41,731 bases of DNA from Hyphochytrium catenoides. Its lineage: Eukaryota > Protista > Hyphochytriomycota. Position 1 is the stretch's first letter; each line of letters begins with the position of its first letter. The notes beneath the pieces are model-generated. The model saw only the letters and a list, made by a program, of their open reading frames with translations, was not told the DNA's origin and ran no database searches. The stretch lies in assembly GCA_900088475.1 (NCBI GenBank), contig FLMG01002855.1:1-41731 (forward strand), read 5' to 3'. This document shows, piece by piece, positions 11,392 through 23,600 of this stretch. The translations under genes and the position numbers were made by a program.

Positions 11392-11991
11392 TTATTGAGA
11401 CATCCTGAGCCGCACTATCGCGACGACAACGGCAATGATAAAGCAAAAGCAGAAGACGACGATGAATAGACATAAGAGGCCGCTGCGACAGTGAAAGTTC
11501 CTTGAGCAGCACAAGCTGATAGCCTCTGACTTCTCTACAGCCTTGCTTACCTCCACCTGGAGTTCAGCTTGCTGAGACTGACGCCGCAGGGAGACTGGCG
11601 GCTCCGCCGTTAAGATGGAGTCATAGACAATTACTTGGACCTCCACTTCTTCCTCAACCTCCTCGAGTGAAGGTCCATCATGGTCTCGCTCCTTTGTCTC
11701 TGCTGTTTGATGTGTTGTTGTCCTTTCCTTAGGATGTCCTAAAGGCGTCACTACGTTCGGTAATGGCGGCACAGCAGTTGCAACGCTCTCTCCTGGAGAA
11801 ATGGACGCTTCAACCTTGGTGAGAGATGGCGCTTCCGTAGAAGTTGCTGTGTCTGAAGATGTCTTGTCAGATGTGGTTGGTAGCTCATGATTTATATCTT
11901 CACTCTCCACTCCTGGCGCATTCTGAGCCTCAGCATTGTTGACCATCTTACCAGGCTTAATTTCTACCTCCTCACCCATCCCTTGTTGCAT
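11392..11991 (-). CDS. Hypothetical tail-anchored membrane protein (acidic/Ser-Thr-rich body, Cys-rich C-terminal TM), 199 aa
   Basis: Open ATG-initiated frame with disordered E/S/T/P-rich composition ending in LLCLFIVVFCFCFIIAVVVAIVRLRMSQ. An upstream exon cannot be excluded. Confidence 0.6.
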   Translation of the reverse strand: MQQGMGEEVEIKPGKMVNNAEAQNAPGVESEDINHELPTTSDKTSSDTATSTEAPSLTKVEASISPGESVATAVPPLPNVVTPLGHPKERTTTHQTAETKERDHDGPSLEEVEEEVEVQVIVYDSILTAEPPVSLRRQSQQAELQVEVSKAVEKSEAISLCCSRNFHCRSGLLCLFIVVFCFCFIIAVVVAIVRLRMSQ

Positions 11992-13525
11992 CCACTCAGC
12001 GAAACTAGTGCAAGTAAGGAGCCACCACTAGCTCACAATCATCTCGTTGACCATCATACCCTTGACGGTTCGCCTCGCCCCTGCCGTCAAAGAGCAGTAC
12101 AGATGGTGTTTGGCCGCTTGGCACTACGTTCCTTATAAGCAAGAAAGCACACGCCGCGCATACCAGGCTACCGATGAGCCGCAAGCGCAGCCAGCCTTGA
12201 CACTGATGACCGATGAGAGCAGTCAATCAGAGAGAGGAAGAGAGTGCGGCAGCTGTGACATTGATGATGATGATGACTGACCCACGATAAAGTGGACGAA
12301 TCATTACCTTCTCTTCTCCTTCTCTTCCTTCTCCCTCCTCCTCCCACTGAAACGGACCCCTGAAAATGGAATATTACAGCTTCAAACTTCAACCTAGCGG
12401 TTTAGAAGCGTCCCATCGCTAACATAAATATAAGGGCACATTATTTGAAGGACGAGGGAAGGCGAAGGGGAAGGAAGGAACGCACCACCATGACCGACCG
12501 ACAGTCATCATCATCACTCTCTGCCTGCTGATGAAGCGCCAGCGGAGCTCATCATTGCTCTCGGACAAAGTCAGCCAGGCACTTAGTAGGGAAGCACCAT
12601 GACAAGAAGAAGTAACAAGAAGCATTATCGTCAATAATGATGAGCAGCGGTCGTGCACTGTAGGGCAGCACAGATCCGGCTACTCTTACTTCCATTCCCC
12701 CTGCTTACAGGGCTCCCTCCTGATAAGAAGACTGGCCATCTTTGGTTAGCTATTCTCGCAATTTATGCAGTCGTGAGCGCCTGGCCAACACGAAAGCTTT
12801 ATAAAAGAACGCTCACAGTTCCTGGACTTTTGTCAAGAAGGAGTGGCGTATGATGGTGTGTGTTAAGTTGCTGTCAACTAATAGATGATGGTAAGAGAAA
12901 TGGTTTAACGGGAAAGGAGGTGCAAAGAGCACGGGATCATACTCTGCACATCATCGTCAGTCTATAATGAGGACTCTTCGTAGGATCAACTCAGTCGTTG
13001 ATGTCCCCACCTTCAGTAAGAAAGGGATACAAATGCATGTGCTAGCACCAACCTAATAGACCTTACTATTCTCTAGTTTTCCTTTAGTTAAACGGGCCAG
13101 GTGGCGGACTGCTTGGAGAGGAGGGGATTGTGGCTACCTCTAGAAGGTGGAAGGAGAATCCCAGGAGTACATCAATCATCTCTCAATCCAGCGGGTGTGA
13201 TAGTAGTTCCATCAACCATCGAAGAAGAGAAGAGACCAACACCGCAGCAGCACTCCTCTTAGAACTGCCGACAGGGAACGCATCCTTCAGCCAGGACAGA
13301 AGATGCCTTTGCTCATTGTTCTTAGTTATTTGACATTTCAATGGCAAGACCCAGTCAAACAAACGTCCGTGCTGCTACTATACTATGCAAAGCCGTTGTG
13401 GTTAGCAAGGATGACCTTTGCCAAGTGAATAGAAATGCACCTAGTAAGGTAGATGTAGTAGGGATTCGTGCATGCTGATTCCCTTCTACCTCGTCTTCTC
13501 TGTTGACTTCTCTTATTCTATCCTC

Positions 13526-15166
13526 CTACTGTTTGGCAGATCTAGAAGCAGCTGGCACGTCCAACGGTACGCGGTAAGTGAAACTCGTATGGGCGAATGT
13601 CAGCTGGTTGGGATGGATAGCAACTCTCCATAGAACGCGTATGGTCGAGATAAGCAGATAGACCATTCGCCACGCGATAACGTTATAGAGACTAATGGTC
13701 TTGAAGTCAGAGTCAGGCGTCACCCTGCTCCTTATAACGCTTACAACTTCGGGGAAATAAACCTGGGGGTCTGCTGTCTCTTTCCATCTCTTTGTATCGT
13801 GGACACAAATCAAGATGTAGACCTGATAGAGCACGATTACGAGCCATAGGAATCCGCCTAGCAATCGCTTGATGGAAGGTCGGGCCGCCAAGAAGATGAC
13901 TGCATCAAAGCAAATAGCTATGTGGACCACAAGCCAACCGGCAACGATACCAAGTGCACGATAGTCCCCCTCCTTGGTGAAGAGTGCCAGCAGAAAGCCT
14001 GACGTGAGAGTAGCTTGCAACGACAGATACAGCGCATCAAATGATCGCCAAGTAAGCTTAAGCAGAGTGGTGTCTAGTTGGCTCTTGATGGTTAAGAGAA
14101 CAATGCCGCTGAACAGAAGAAGGCATACATACCCTACTTGTTGAAGGGCTGAACGTTCAAGGATGCAGGCAGCCGTTATGACAAGAGACAGGGTCAGACT
14201 AACCGTACAGAGGCCCAGCTTGAGAAGACTTCGGCACTTATCGGTAAAGCGAACACAATTCTTCCAGGTGTAAAAGGAAGGCTGTGCCTCTCGACCATGT
14301 AGATTCTCTTGATCGACGACTCTTTCCTTCGGTATCCCTTTCATAACGAGGGCCAAGCGCACCGATATGGTGGAGATGAGGACTGTCGGCCTGGATTCAG
14401 CGTCCTTCTCGTTGAATGATTGTGGGTGAACCTTTCTTGCTTGATGCAGGCTATAGATGTTGAATAGACTCTTCACGTAGAATAGTGCCACCGTGTATAG
14501 CAAGTTCCCAAGGATGTCCAATGACTTATACTGATGGTTGAGTACGGGAAAGCTCCGATCGTAGAGCATGGGCATGAGCCGCATCTGGAATATTGCTCCA
14601 CCGAAGGTAAAGGAGAGTATGCCCGAGATAAGCGACGCTACCGCCGCTTTCCTATCTTCATGGCTCCAGGCGTCATAGGACGTCGTAATCTGTATCCCTA
14701 TCCAAAGTAGGAGGAAACCAAGAATTCTGGCATCGGGTGCTGCGATGCCAGTAGGTGAGATGATCATAAGCATGTTCATGAAGATAAGAACATTGATCGT
14801 TGATATGTAAGAGTAATCGAAGCTATGAAGCAGTAGCAGCTTCAGAAAGTAGGGTCGCATCCGCACAACAAAGAGGATGTTCGTGGGAACAGTCATTAGA
14901 AAACCGATGGGACAGAGCCAACTTGAGTACGTCGGCAGGTAGAAGCCCAGGTTGCCCACAAGCACTCCCACTGCGAAAATCGTAGGCAACCAAACAGTTG
15001 CAAGCTGCTGGTGAGCCTTTAGCCATCGGTCCAGCCGACTTTTCAAGTCTTTCTTGTCAAACCATCGGCTGCTGATCACATCCAAGACGCACTCCTTATT
15101 GTACGCATCAGTGTACTCAGGTATCCGAGGATCATGTACCGGAGTTAATTTCCATTGCTCCATCAT
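13526..15166 (-). CDS. Polytopic membrane protein with internal two-fold repeat, intronless, 546 aa
   Basis: Two hydrophobic halves, each with LKLxxxxSFDxxYxS ... DxRxLG ... W ... DA, joined by a hydrophilic linker. Resembles uncharacterised oomycete transmembrane families (recollection). Confidence 0.85.
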   Translation of the reverse strand: MMEQWKLTPVHDPRIPEYTDAYNKECVLDVISSRWFDKKDLKSRLDRWLKAHQQLATVWLPTIFAVGVLVGNLGFYLPTYSSWLCPIGFLMTVPTNILFVVRMRPYFLKLLLLHSFDYSYISTINVLIFMNMLMIISPTGIAAPDARILGFLLLWIGIQITTSYDAWSHEDRKAAVASLISGILSFTFGGAIFQMRLMPMLYDRSFPVLNHQYKSLDILGNLLYTVALFYVKSLFNIYSLHQARKVHPQSFNEKDAESRPTVLISTISVRLALVMKGIPKERVVDQENLHGREAQPSFYTWKNCVRFTDKCRSLLKLGLCTVSLTLSLVITAACILERSALQQVGYVCLLLFSGIVLLTIKSQLDTTLLKLTWRSFDALYLSLQATLTSGFLLALFTKEGDYRALGIVAGWLVVHIAICFDAVIFLAARPSIKRLLGGFLWLVIVLYQVYILICVHDTKRWKETADPQVYFPEVVSVIRSRVTPDSDFKTISLYNVIAWRMVYLLISTIRVLWRVAIHPNQLTFAHTSFTYRVPLDVPAASRSAKQ

Positions 15167-15960
15167 CTTCCATTCCTAAGAAGGAAATCTGGCTGCTGGC
15201 ACACACAGTCGGCGTCAATGGGTGGCTGGAATGATGCATCACATTCGTCCTCAACAACACTGCGGGCGGCGCCTAAGCAAGTTAAGCAGCCTTTCTTTCC
15301 ATGTCATTGCCCTGCACGACCAAAACTCCTCGTTCACTAACTATCGACTAAGGAGAGTGCTGGTGGGTAATCCCTGCTGTGGTCATAGAAAGCTAATTTT
15401 ATTACGGGCTCTGTCGCACACTCGTTGGGTACCAGTTGATCCAGCAGCAGCGGCAGAAGAGGACAGAGTAGAGGCAGCGGAAGTTGGAGGGGAGGAAGTC
15501 TTTCCCCGGGACCCGAAGCACATCTTAGAAAACATCATAAGCAGTTAGTCCAACACCTGCTGCTGGTCCTCAGCAGTAGTTTCCTCCCTCTTCATCCATC
15601 GGCTTATGCTTTTATGATGATGCACCACGCACCAGCAGCAGCATCATCCAACCCCCGCTGAGTGACTGATGACTGACCGACCGCGCTGGCTTTAGCCACC
15701 AGCACCGGCACTGCCATGGGGACTTCCTCTCCACCGTCGTGTTGGTCCGCCGTCCTCCTCCTCCTGATGGGACATTCTTGTAACCCCCAACCAGGTCCAT
15801 CCAGTGACCCCCCACTACCTTGACCTCTGTGCGTTGTACACGTTAGATGTGTACAACGCCTTAAACGCTGGTCTGTACACTACCGTTTTGATAATATTAG
15901 TAAGGCGTAGGCACCTCAGAAGATATGATGCCAGCTACTACTGTCCGTTACTACCGCAAG

Positions 15961-16093
15961 AAAGAGAGGAAAAGGAAGAAGAAGAAGAAGAAGAAGAAGA
16001 GGAAGCAGCAGCAGAAGAAGAAGGAGAAGAAGCAGAAGAAGGAGAAGAAGAAGAAGGAGGAGGAGGAGGAGAGAAAGAAGATAGAAGAAGAAG
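15961..16093. repeat. Purine-rich (GAA/GCA/GGA)n trinucleotide tract
   Basis: Near-pure A/G triplet run; it produces the spurious poly-E, poly-K and poly-S ORFs. Confidence 0.9.
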
Positions 16094-17036
16094 AGTGGTG
16101 GGGGCGTTCTTCCGGGCCATCGTCTTTTTTTTTTCTCTAACCTCCTTGCTGCTCAGCTCTTATTCCTCTTCTATCTTCTTCCTTCTCTTCCATCATCATC
16201 CGTTATCCTTGCTGGTACCGCTCGACGAGGGCTCCTACGTGTCAACCGGCCGGTCGTCAACCTTCTATTGCTAAATCATCTTTTGCTCCTCCGAGCCCTC
16301 TTCTTTTCCTCCAGCTGCAGCGGAGCTGCTGTTTGTGGTGGTGGTCAAGTCCATCGTCGTCTTCTTCTTCCCCACCAACAATCTCTTTGCTTCTTACACT
16401 CATCATCATCAATCTTCTTGGCCCCTGGTAAGCAGTCTTTCTTAGTATATGGCCAACTCTTGGTGTTAAACCGAGGAAGAGCGCACCGCCCGGAGGTGTA
16501 GCAGCGCCGACCATCCGTTAATGATCAATCGCCGATACGGCCCCTAAACATTACTGTCGTTGCAGTAGCTCCTCCCTCGTTGCTGCTCGTCTTTCTTTCT
16601 TCTTCTCGTCTGCCGCTTTACGGACCCTAACTACCTCCGCCGGCAGGTGACCCTGGATGTTGCTGGCCGCTCCGCTCCCTGTATGGATAATGATATCAGC
16701 AAGGACAATTCCCTTGTTGATGTGAGGGGTTGTTCTCGAGATTTGGCCCTCAAGGGGATGAAAAAGAATAGCCATGCTATTATTGTGGGTTCCGCGCGAC
16801 TAATCTATTCATTACGGCTGCTGATGTTTTCATCAACTGCTTTGTATTGCTTACTAGGTCCTTTCAGACAGAAGTCCTCGATCTATCCCCCGACTGATGC
16901 TCGTTCTTCAGCTGCTATAGATCAGACTATCAAGCCGTAGATAAGCATTCACTTAGAATGTAGGTATATCTGCCTTTAAATTAGGTGGTACGTTGTCTAA
17001 AGGTGTATGCTTAGATAGAGTTTACTAGGAAGCGAA

Positions 17037-19754
17037 TCAGCAGTGGTCCACACTGGAGGCAAGCTTCATGCCCCCAGGATCCGCACCTCTATACGTTAGG
17101 TTAAGCTTCAGTAAGATACTCATCATAAGTCCAGTGGACGGCCGGCTGAGATGCTTCTTCAGTCCTGAGGGCAAAGGGTTAGGTTGGGGAAGTCCCTTCT
17201 GGCTGACGAAAGCAACGATATCGTACCCTTTCTCCGGAGACCCGAAGACCTTCTTCTTTCCCTTTGGCGTCGGCATCCCTCGGAGCTTGAATGCTTGCCT
17301 TTCACTTTGCTCCTTTCAAAAAATATATATATATAAGCAAGCTCAACATGAGATCACTGACACAGAAAACCATGATGTTACCTTCCAATTAGGGAGGGCG
17401 CTTTGATACTTCTGTCCAGCAATGTGCTTACGCACAGCAGTCCCTGCTCTTGGCAGCGTGGCGCCAGTTACTTGGCAGTAGAGCATGTTTCGCTACGAGA
17501 AGAAAGTAGGAGTACCAGGTGAGATTAGGCAAGCGGAACAAAAGAAATGGACGAAACACCGTCAGCACGGGACCGAGCAACGGGAGATCTCATAAAGGAC
17601 AAGTCGCAGTATGATAAAACATAGCCTCTCCTCTTAGGTAACATGGCGGACCTCTCCAAAGCGTTAGTGCCACAACACTCACCTCCGTAGGGTGCGTGAT
17701 GACCATAGGAGAGAAGGCGGAAAAGTCTTCGCCTTGTGTCCTTAGAAGCGTCTGATACCTCTTGCCCTGAAGATGAGCAGCAATGTCTTTCATAGTCGCT
17801 GGAAGGTCGTGACTAGTCAGAGAGCAATGGATCTTTCCGTTCGGGAGGAAGGAGAGAGCCGCAGTGGAGTCCACTAGCTCTCTTATAACGGCTTGCTCAT
17901 CGTCGTCCTCCTCTTCTACCTCCTTTTGCGGAGCTAGTTCAAGCTTCTCAATGCCCGCAGATAGATCCTATGCCAAGCAGAAAAACGCCTAAGCTTTGCC
18001 AAAGAAGCCTCTATAGCTTCAAACTTACCTCTACGCTTAAGCTGCCCTCAGGTTGCAGTTGTCCTTGGCCTACGGTCTCATCACACTCTGGTTCGTCCTC
18101 CTCCATCTCTTCTACTTGCTCTTGCTCCACCTGTTCAGCCGTACTATTGATCGCCGAAGGTTCTTCTTCTACGGAGTGTTCAGTTTGTTCTATTGCCTCA
18201 TCCTCCTGGCAATAGGCTTGATCTAAGTCAGCCATATGAGGGTCTATTTCTAGGTGTTCTTTCTCTTGGTCTTGAGCGTTAAAAGGACTGGAAACATCTG
18301 CAGCTATCTCTGAGTCAACCTTTGGCTCTACCTCAACCTCCAGAGTCTCTGTCACACAGTCAGTTATCCCAGGGTTAGGTCCTAAGTACTCTGTCGGTAG
18401 AGGAGCGACGACGATGACGTCTTTTGTCGGGAGCTGATTCTCGACAGTGTCCACCTGAGGAGTAGGTGTCAAACTAAGTGGTCCCTGGTGCCAGACCAAC
18501 CTGATCATATTCATCACAACTCTTTGATGAACATACCTGCTGACTCTCCTCACTTTCCGGCTGCACATCCTCTTCCTCGTCATATTTATTTGACGTCGCT
18601 GCTTTATTGAAAGAAAGAAGAAGATTTCCGGTGAACTGAGGGACATTTGCACTTGCGTCCTGTTGCTGGATGGTATCTTCTTTAACGAGGACCGAATCCT
18701 GAAAACAACACGTTAATGGGACTATTCAATGTTGCGTGACGCTTCACAGAGACCGTGACAGCCAGATAGTGCGGTTAAACCACGAGGGTTGATGGGAACA
18801 GCATTATACACCGACGGGAAGATGCCATGGAGAGAGCAAAAAGAGCAAGTGTGTCGCTTGTCCATACCTCAGCAGCGTCTCCCTGGTGCTCGGTCTTTGC
18901 CTTCTCAGCTTCGCCTCGCTTTTCCTCCTGCAGAAGAGTTCGGGGTAAGATTCGACATGGAGGCTGGCCTGTTCTTTCATCAGCCTATTCCGATCTTTCT
19001 CTCTCTCGTCTTCCTTTTATGAACTGCCAGCCTTTTGTTTTGTCCGCAGTTCCTACGTCCCTTACCCTCTTGACTCCCATTCGCTCTTCCTCAGCGTTAG
19101 ATGATCCCTTTTCTCCACAAGCTCTGCAGCCGTCAAGCTTACCTCTCTCTCCTCTCTAATGGAGTCCATGTCTTGGGCCAAGTTCTTGGCTGTGGATTGA
19201 AAGCCCTTCCTGGCACTCTGCCTCAGAGGAGTGGCGAGAGCGCGGCGCAGTGGTGTCTTTGTCATCGGCGTGCGTTGAGGAAGGTCTGACGGGATGGAGT
19301 CGTAGGAGGAGCAAAAGAGCTGCAGGTTCTCATGGCTCTCTTGGATAAATTGCTCGATAGACTCGATAATCACCTCGGACTGTGGAATACACTGGTGAGA
19401 TAGCAAGACTATTTGATAGCAATACTAGCAAAAGGGTCAGGCAGAACCGCTGCAAACTGAACAACGGGAGCAAACAACAAGCATTATGAAAGATCCTGGC
19501 GCGCCCAACAAAAGAAAGACACCAGACAGGTTGCTGTGAACGAACGACGAAAGACTGAGACCAAGCTATTCTTTCACCTTTGCGTTTGCTTTGCAGCACT
19601 TCAGCTCTTTGGCGATGTACTGCAGCTCACGACGGCTCAGCGTGGGCACCATGGTCAGAGCATCTGAGCCGGAGACTTCAAAGGCTCCTGGTCCTTGGAC
19701 TTGGATATTCTCCTTGTCATCTTGGCTGCCCGACAGAACAGCTGTCATCTCCAT
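17037..19754 (-). CDS. SURF2-domain protein with SAP/NuSAP-like N-terminus and long acidic linker (8 exons, about 577 aa)
   Basis: Exons 19754-19578, 19379-19143, 18927-18868, 18698-18537, 18454-18029, 17967-17683, 17492-17382 and 17312-17037 are all GT-AG, phase 0 and stop-free. SURF2 motifs KIHCSLTSHDLP...HLQGKRYQ and LYCQVTG...VRKHIAGQKYQSAL. N-terminal LSRRELQYIAKELKCCKAN. Confidence 0.75.
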
Positions 19755-20080
19755 TACGATAGCCGTATGAACCCGCGATCAGAAGAGAGACAGAAATTGN
19801 NNNNNNNNNNNNNNNNNNNNNNNNNNNNNNNNNNNNNNNNNNNNNNNNNNNNNNGAGAGAGAGAGATCCTCAATCCACTCCCCATCTTCCACCTTCCCTT
19901 GGACGCCAGGACCAGAGAATCCTCTGAGAGTGTTTTGTGTTCGAAAGCTTCCCTCCTAACGGCTCCCACCCTCCAGATCTCCCCCAGGCCTTACGTGGCC
20001 CGTCCTCAAGCCTCCCCCTCGAGTAAGAGCTCCTTGTTCATCAGCTCCTGCTCAGCTCACCTTCTGCTCTCGTCGATCCT

Positions 20081-20324
20081 CGGCACTCATCAGGACCTCA
20101 GCAGCGCATGGGCGGGCAGCCCTCAATCCTCAGCCTTCAACCATTATTGTCAGCTCATCATAGTCAGCAGTCATCCCTCATGAGCTCTCCAGACCTCAAC
20201 CTTCAGCACTCAGCTCATTGTGGGCCTTCGTCGGCACTCGGACCTCAGCAGCTCATCGCCCCTCCGCTCTCAATCCTCAGCCTTCACCACTTGTCAGCTC
20301 ATCAGGACTCAGCCGTCATCCCTC
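20081..20324. repeat. Imperfect ~100-bp direct repeat within a CTCAGC/CTCATC-rich tract
   Basis: CGGCACTC..GGACCTCAGCAGC..CTCAATCCTCAGCCTTCA..TTGTCAGCTCATCA..GTCATCCCTC at about 20081-20179 and 20232-20324. Confidence 0.8.
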
Positions 20325-20642
20325 CTCAGCTCTCCAGCCACCACCATTGATCAACCCTTCCGCCCATCACCCCTCAGACAATTGCTTATTGGTCTTTCTG
20401 ATAATCTCCGACCGGTTATAGAAAGGAGCCGAAGATAAAGGCTTAAAAGCTTTGCCTTGCCTATTGCTTAGTGTCTGAAGACATCGGATCATCGGATCTA
20501 AAGCCTCTGCCCTGAACCACCTCCCTCTGCCTCGCCTTCCTCTGCTACTAGTCCAGAGCTCGGTTAATGGGTCGATATCTAAGCATCCTTCTTCTGTCAG
20601 CCCAAAGGTCCCAGAGCCTTCCCTACGAAGAGGGTTTGCCAA

Positions 20643-23600
20643 CTAGAACCTAGCAAACTTCTCAAGTGTTCTGAGAATCTTCCACTTTGCCTCATAATCC
20701 ACCCAGTGATCCCAGCCCAGCTCCTTCAGCGCCGCGATCTGTGCTGTCTTCAGCTGTGAGAGAAGGCAAGAGTTAATGGTCGGGTTTGAGAGAAGAAAGC
20801 GCAGGAGGAACCTGTCCTCCCGACATAATGAGGAAGGGAGAGGCAATTACCTCCTTTGTCGTAAAAGCGCCATTGCCATTGCTAGTTTTGTCACTCAGGA
20901 GCTTGGACAGACGCTGCCAGGCAGTGGATGGAGACTTAGAAGGGAAAATGGACGTCCTTGGTGATTGTACGCTCTTAATCCTCCGCCATCCTAAAGCTAG
21001 AAGTTGTCTCTCTCTTTCCTCACTTCTGGGGTCTATCTCCTCCCGCTTCTCTCTCTCTTCTTTCACTCCTCTTTCTCATCCTTCCTTCTCTTGTCTCTAC
21101 TTTATGTCATAGCTAAATACATACTCGGAGTAGCTATTACCTTCAACACCTTGCCATGGCGCTTCTTGTGCGTCTCGTAGGCTACGTACACCCGCCAGAG
21201 CTTGTCTTCAGAGGCAGTGTCTGCCCACTTCTGCAGGGTATTATAGGTCGCGACAAACTCCTCCTCCTACATGCCAAGGCAAAGGTAGCAACTGGTATGA
21301 GATTGCGAAGACAGGAGAGCTATAGCGAGCGCCGCAAGCGGGACGGCCATAATAAAGAACAAGTAGCTGTTGCGATATACCAAGCAAAAGGAGAGGGCGC
21401 TGTTTCCGTACCTTTTTAAGGTCATTCAGTGCTCTCGCCTTGCGTGCCAGAGCATCGACTAGCGCTGCCTTCTGACTATCCATGTCCTTTCGCAGCTGGT
21501 TAGCGGCTTCGTCCTCTGTTTCCAAGTCACAAGAGAAAATTTTGTTCAGCATGTGTGTCTTTTGCTTCCCTATCCTTCAGTCCTCTGTATGGCTCCCATT
21601 CCCCAAATAAAATTCAACTTGTTGGAGCTGTGCTTACCTGGAAGTAGCTTGACCCCATAGTGTGATGCCAGCTGGTCTTGATTGATCTGCTCAAGCACCG
21701 CATCAGCTGCTGTCACCACCTCGTGCAGGCTCTTGGAGCGAAGACTATCCGAGTCATAGTGACGGAGCTTTGTCTGTATAATTAGGTGGCCGACGAAGAG
21801 ACAAAAAGTATTTGAGGGTCAGAAATAGCATACCTCGCTTCTCTCTCCCCCTGTCCCTGTCTCTGACTTCCCTCCTCTTATTCCGTCTATTCCACTATTT
21901 CCTTTCTTCCTTCATTGACTGCGCCTTAATTCTCTCTCACCTGCAGCAAAGGGATGTGCTTGGGATAGTCATTGGCAACCTCTTGGAAAACGATGTCGAA
22001 GTCTGCCTTGCCCTCCAACTTTGAAAGACGGGTCACCCGCAAGTCCCGCACGGCATCAGCCGTCTGAGCCAGTTCGGGCTTCTCCTCCTATTTATGTCGT
22101 ACTCGTTAGAAAGAATAGAGACGCAGGCTAGCAATAAAACAATCACTCGCCGCTAGCTACATAAGGTTAAGCAGTGAGTAGAGGCAGTGGGGGAGGAAGA
22201 GAGAGTAGAAGGGGAACCCACAATTTGGCCAAGGAGGACCCGGACGCGGTTCAAGGGAGATGTCTGTCTCGTCCATCAGCCCCAAAAATACAGAAGAGTC
22301 GACATATAAGGGGTCGGCAGCGCTTAGATATGAAAAAGAGAGGAGACTATCAGACCTTCTTCTCAGGCTTTGCCTCTTCCTTCTTTTCTGGGGTAGGAGC
22401 GGGGGGTACCACATAGACGAAAGAGTTGCTGCAGCGCAGACAAGGGTGAGTCTCGTTTTGCTAACAACTTCTCTCAGCGGAGAAGTCGGCTCGTTTCAAT
22501 TCTTCCCTTAATCGTCCATAGATCAGCAGATACTCCGATTGCTTTCTACTCTTTCTATCCTACTGCAATCCTCCTACTTCCCATCGGATACCATACCGGC
22601 TGCCTGCGCTTACCTGTCCGCCTTTTCTCCTGCCTTTGCAAGCACTACTGAGCCCACCAAGAGATCTCCAGCGTTTACTCCCTTGGGGAGCTTATCGAAG
22701 TCTGGCTCCTTCACAAAGAATGGTAGTTGCTGGCCGCGGAGCAACGTCCTAGACAGGCCCGATTCAAAGAAATAGCGAATGTGGCAGTGAGAGAGAGGTG
22801 GGGACCAAGGCAATCTAGGCAAGGGAACGACGACAAAAAAGGGCGTAGACAAAGACATAGGAAAGGGTCTCTAAGAAGCTATTTCCGGAACTCCGCTCAA
22901 CAAAAGTAGGGTGACCACGCCAGCAAGCGAACTCTCTTATTCTTCCCAAAGGAAGCTGCCACATAGAGACGCTTCCAAACTCGGACACATTCGAGGAAGT
23001 GCCAATAGAGGTTGTTCTTACTTGTTTCCTGCTTTTTTTCCGCCTAGAAGTGCTGCATTCTGAGTGTGATGCATGGTTAGAGAAAGCTTATCCTTCAGCT
23101 TTCTCTCGACGGTCATCACCGCACCCTTCAGCTTCTCTAGCGCCTGAGGGTCGTCATGCCTGACTTGGAGTTTGGCTAAGATTTTGCCCTTGGGAAGCTT
23201 GAGAGCAGAAGATCGGAAGTTACTGGCTCCAAGGTATTTCTTATCCTCGTCAAAGAGCAGGCACATCTGCAGTCAGGCGAGAGGTGTAAGCAAGCAAAGA
23301 TGTTAGTGTACTCTACGGACGCCGCCAGCGAAGTAAACGAGAGGCATTCAACAACGTAGAGATGGTACCCAGAAGAGACCAACAGCGAGGACTGACTTGA
23401 AGGACATCGTAATGGGGACTAACCGCGCACCCTATCAAAAGCGGATAATAAAATACAGCAAGACCACCCTGAGATGAACAACCGTTGGACGGAACGAACC
23501 TGCGATTCGTACTCCGCCTCATACAGCAGATTATTCAGAAAGGGAAAGACAATCTTCACATCTCCGGCCTCTGCGTTGTTGAACTCGTAGTCAAGCACTA

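Noticed and set aside
15804-16274. Poly-E, poly-K and poly-S ORFs
   Set aside because: By-products of the GAA microsatellite.
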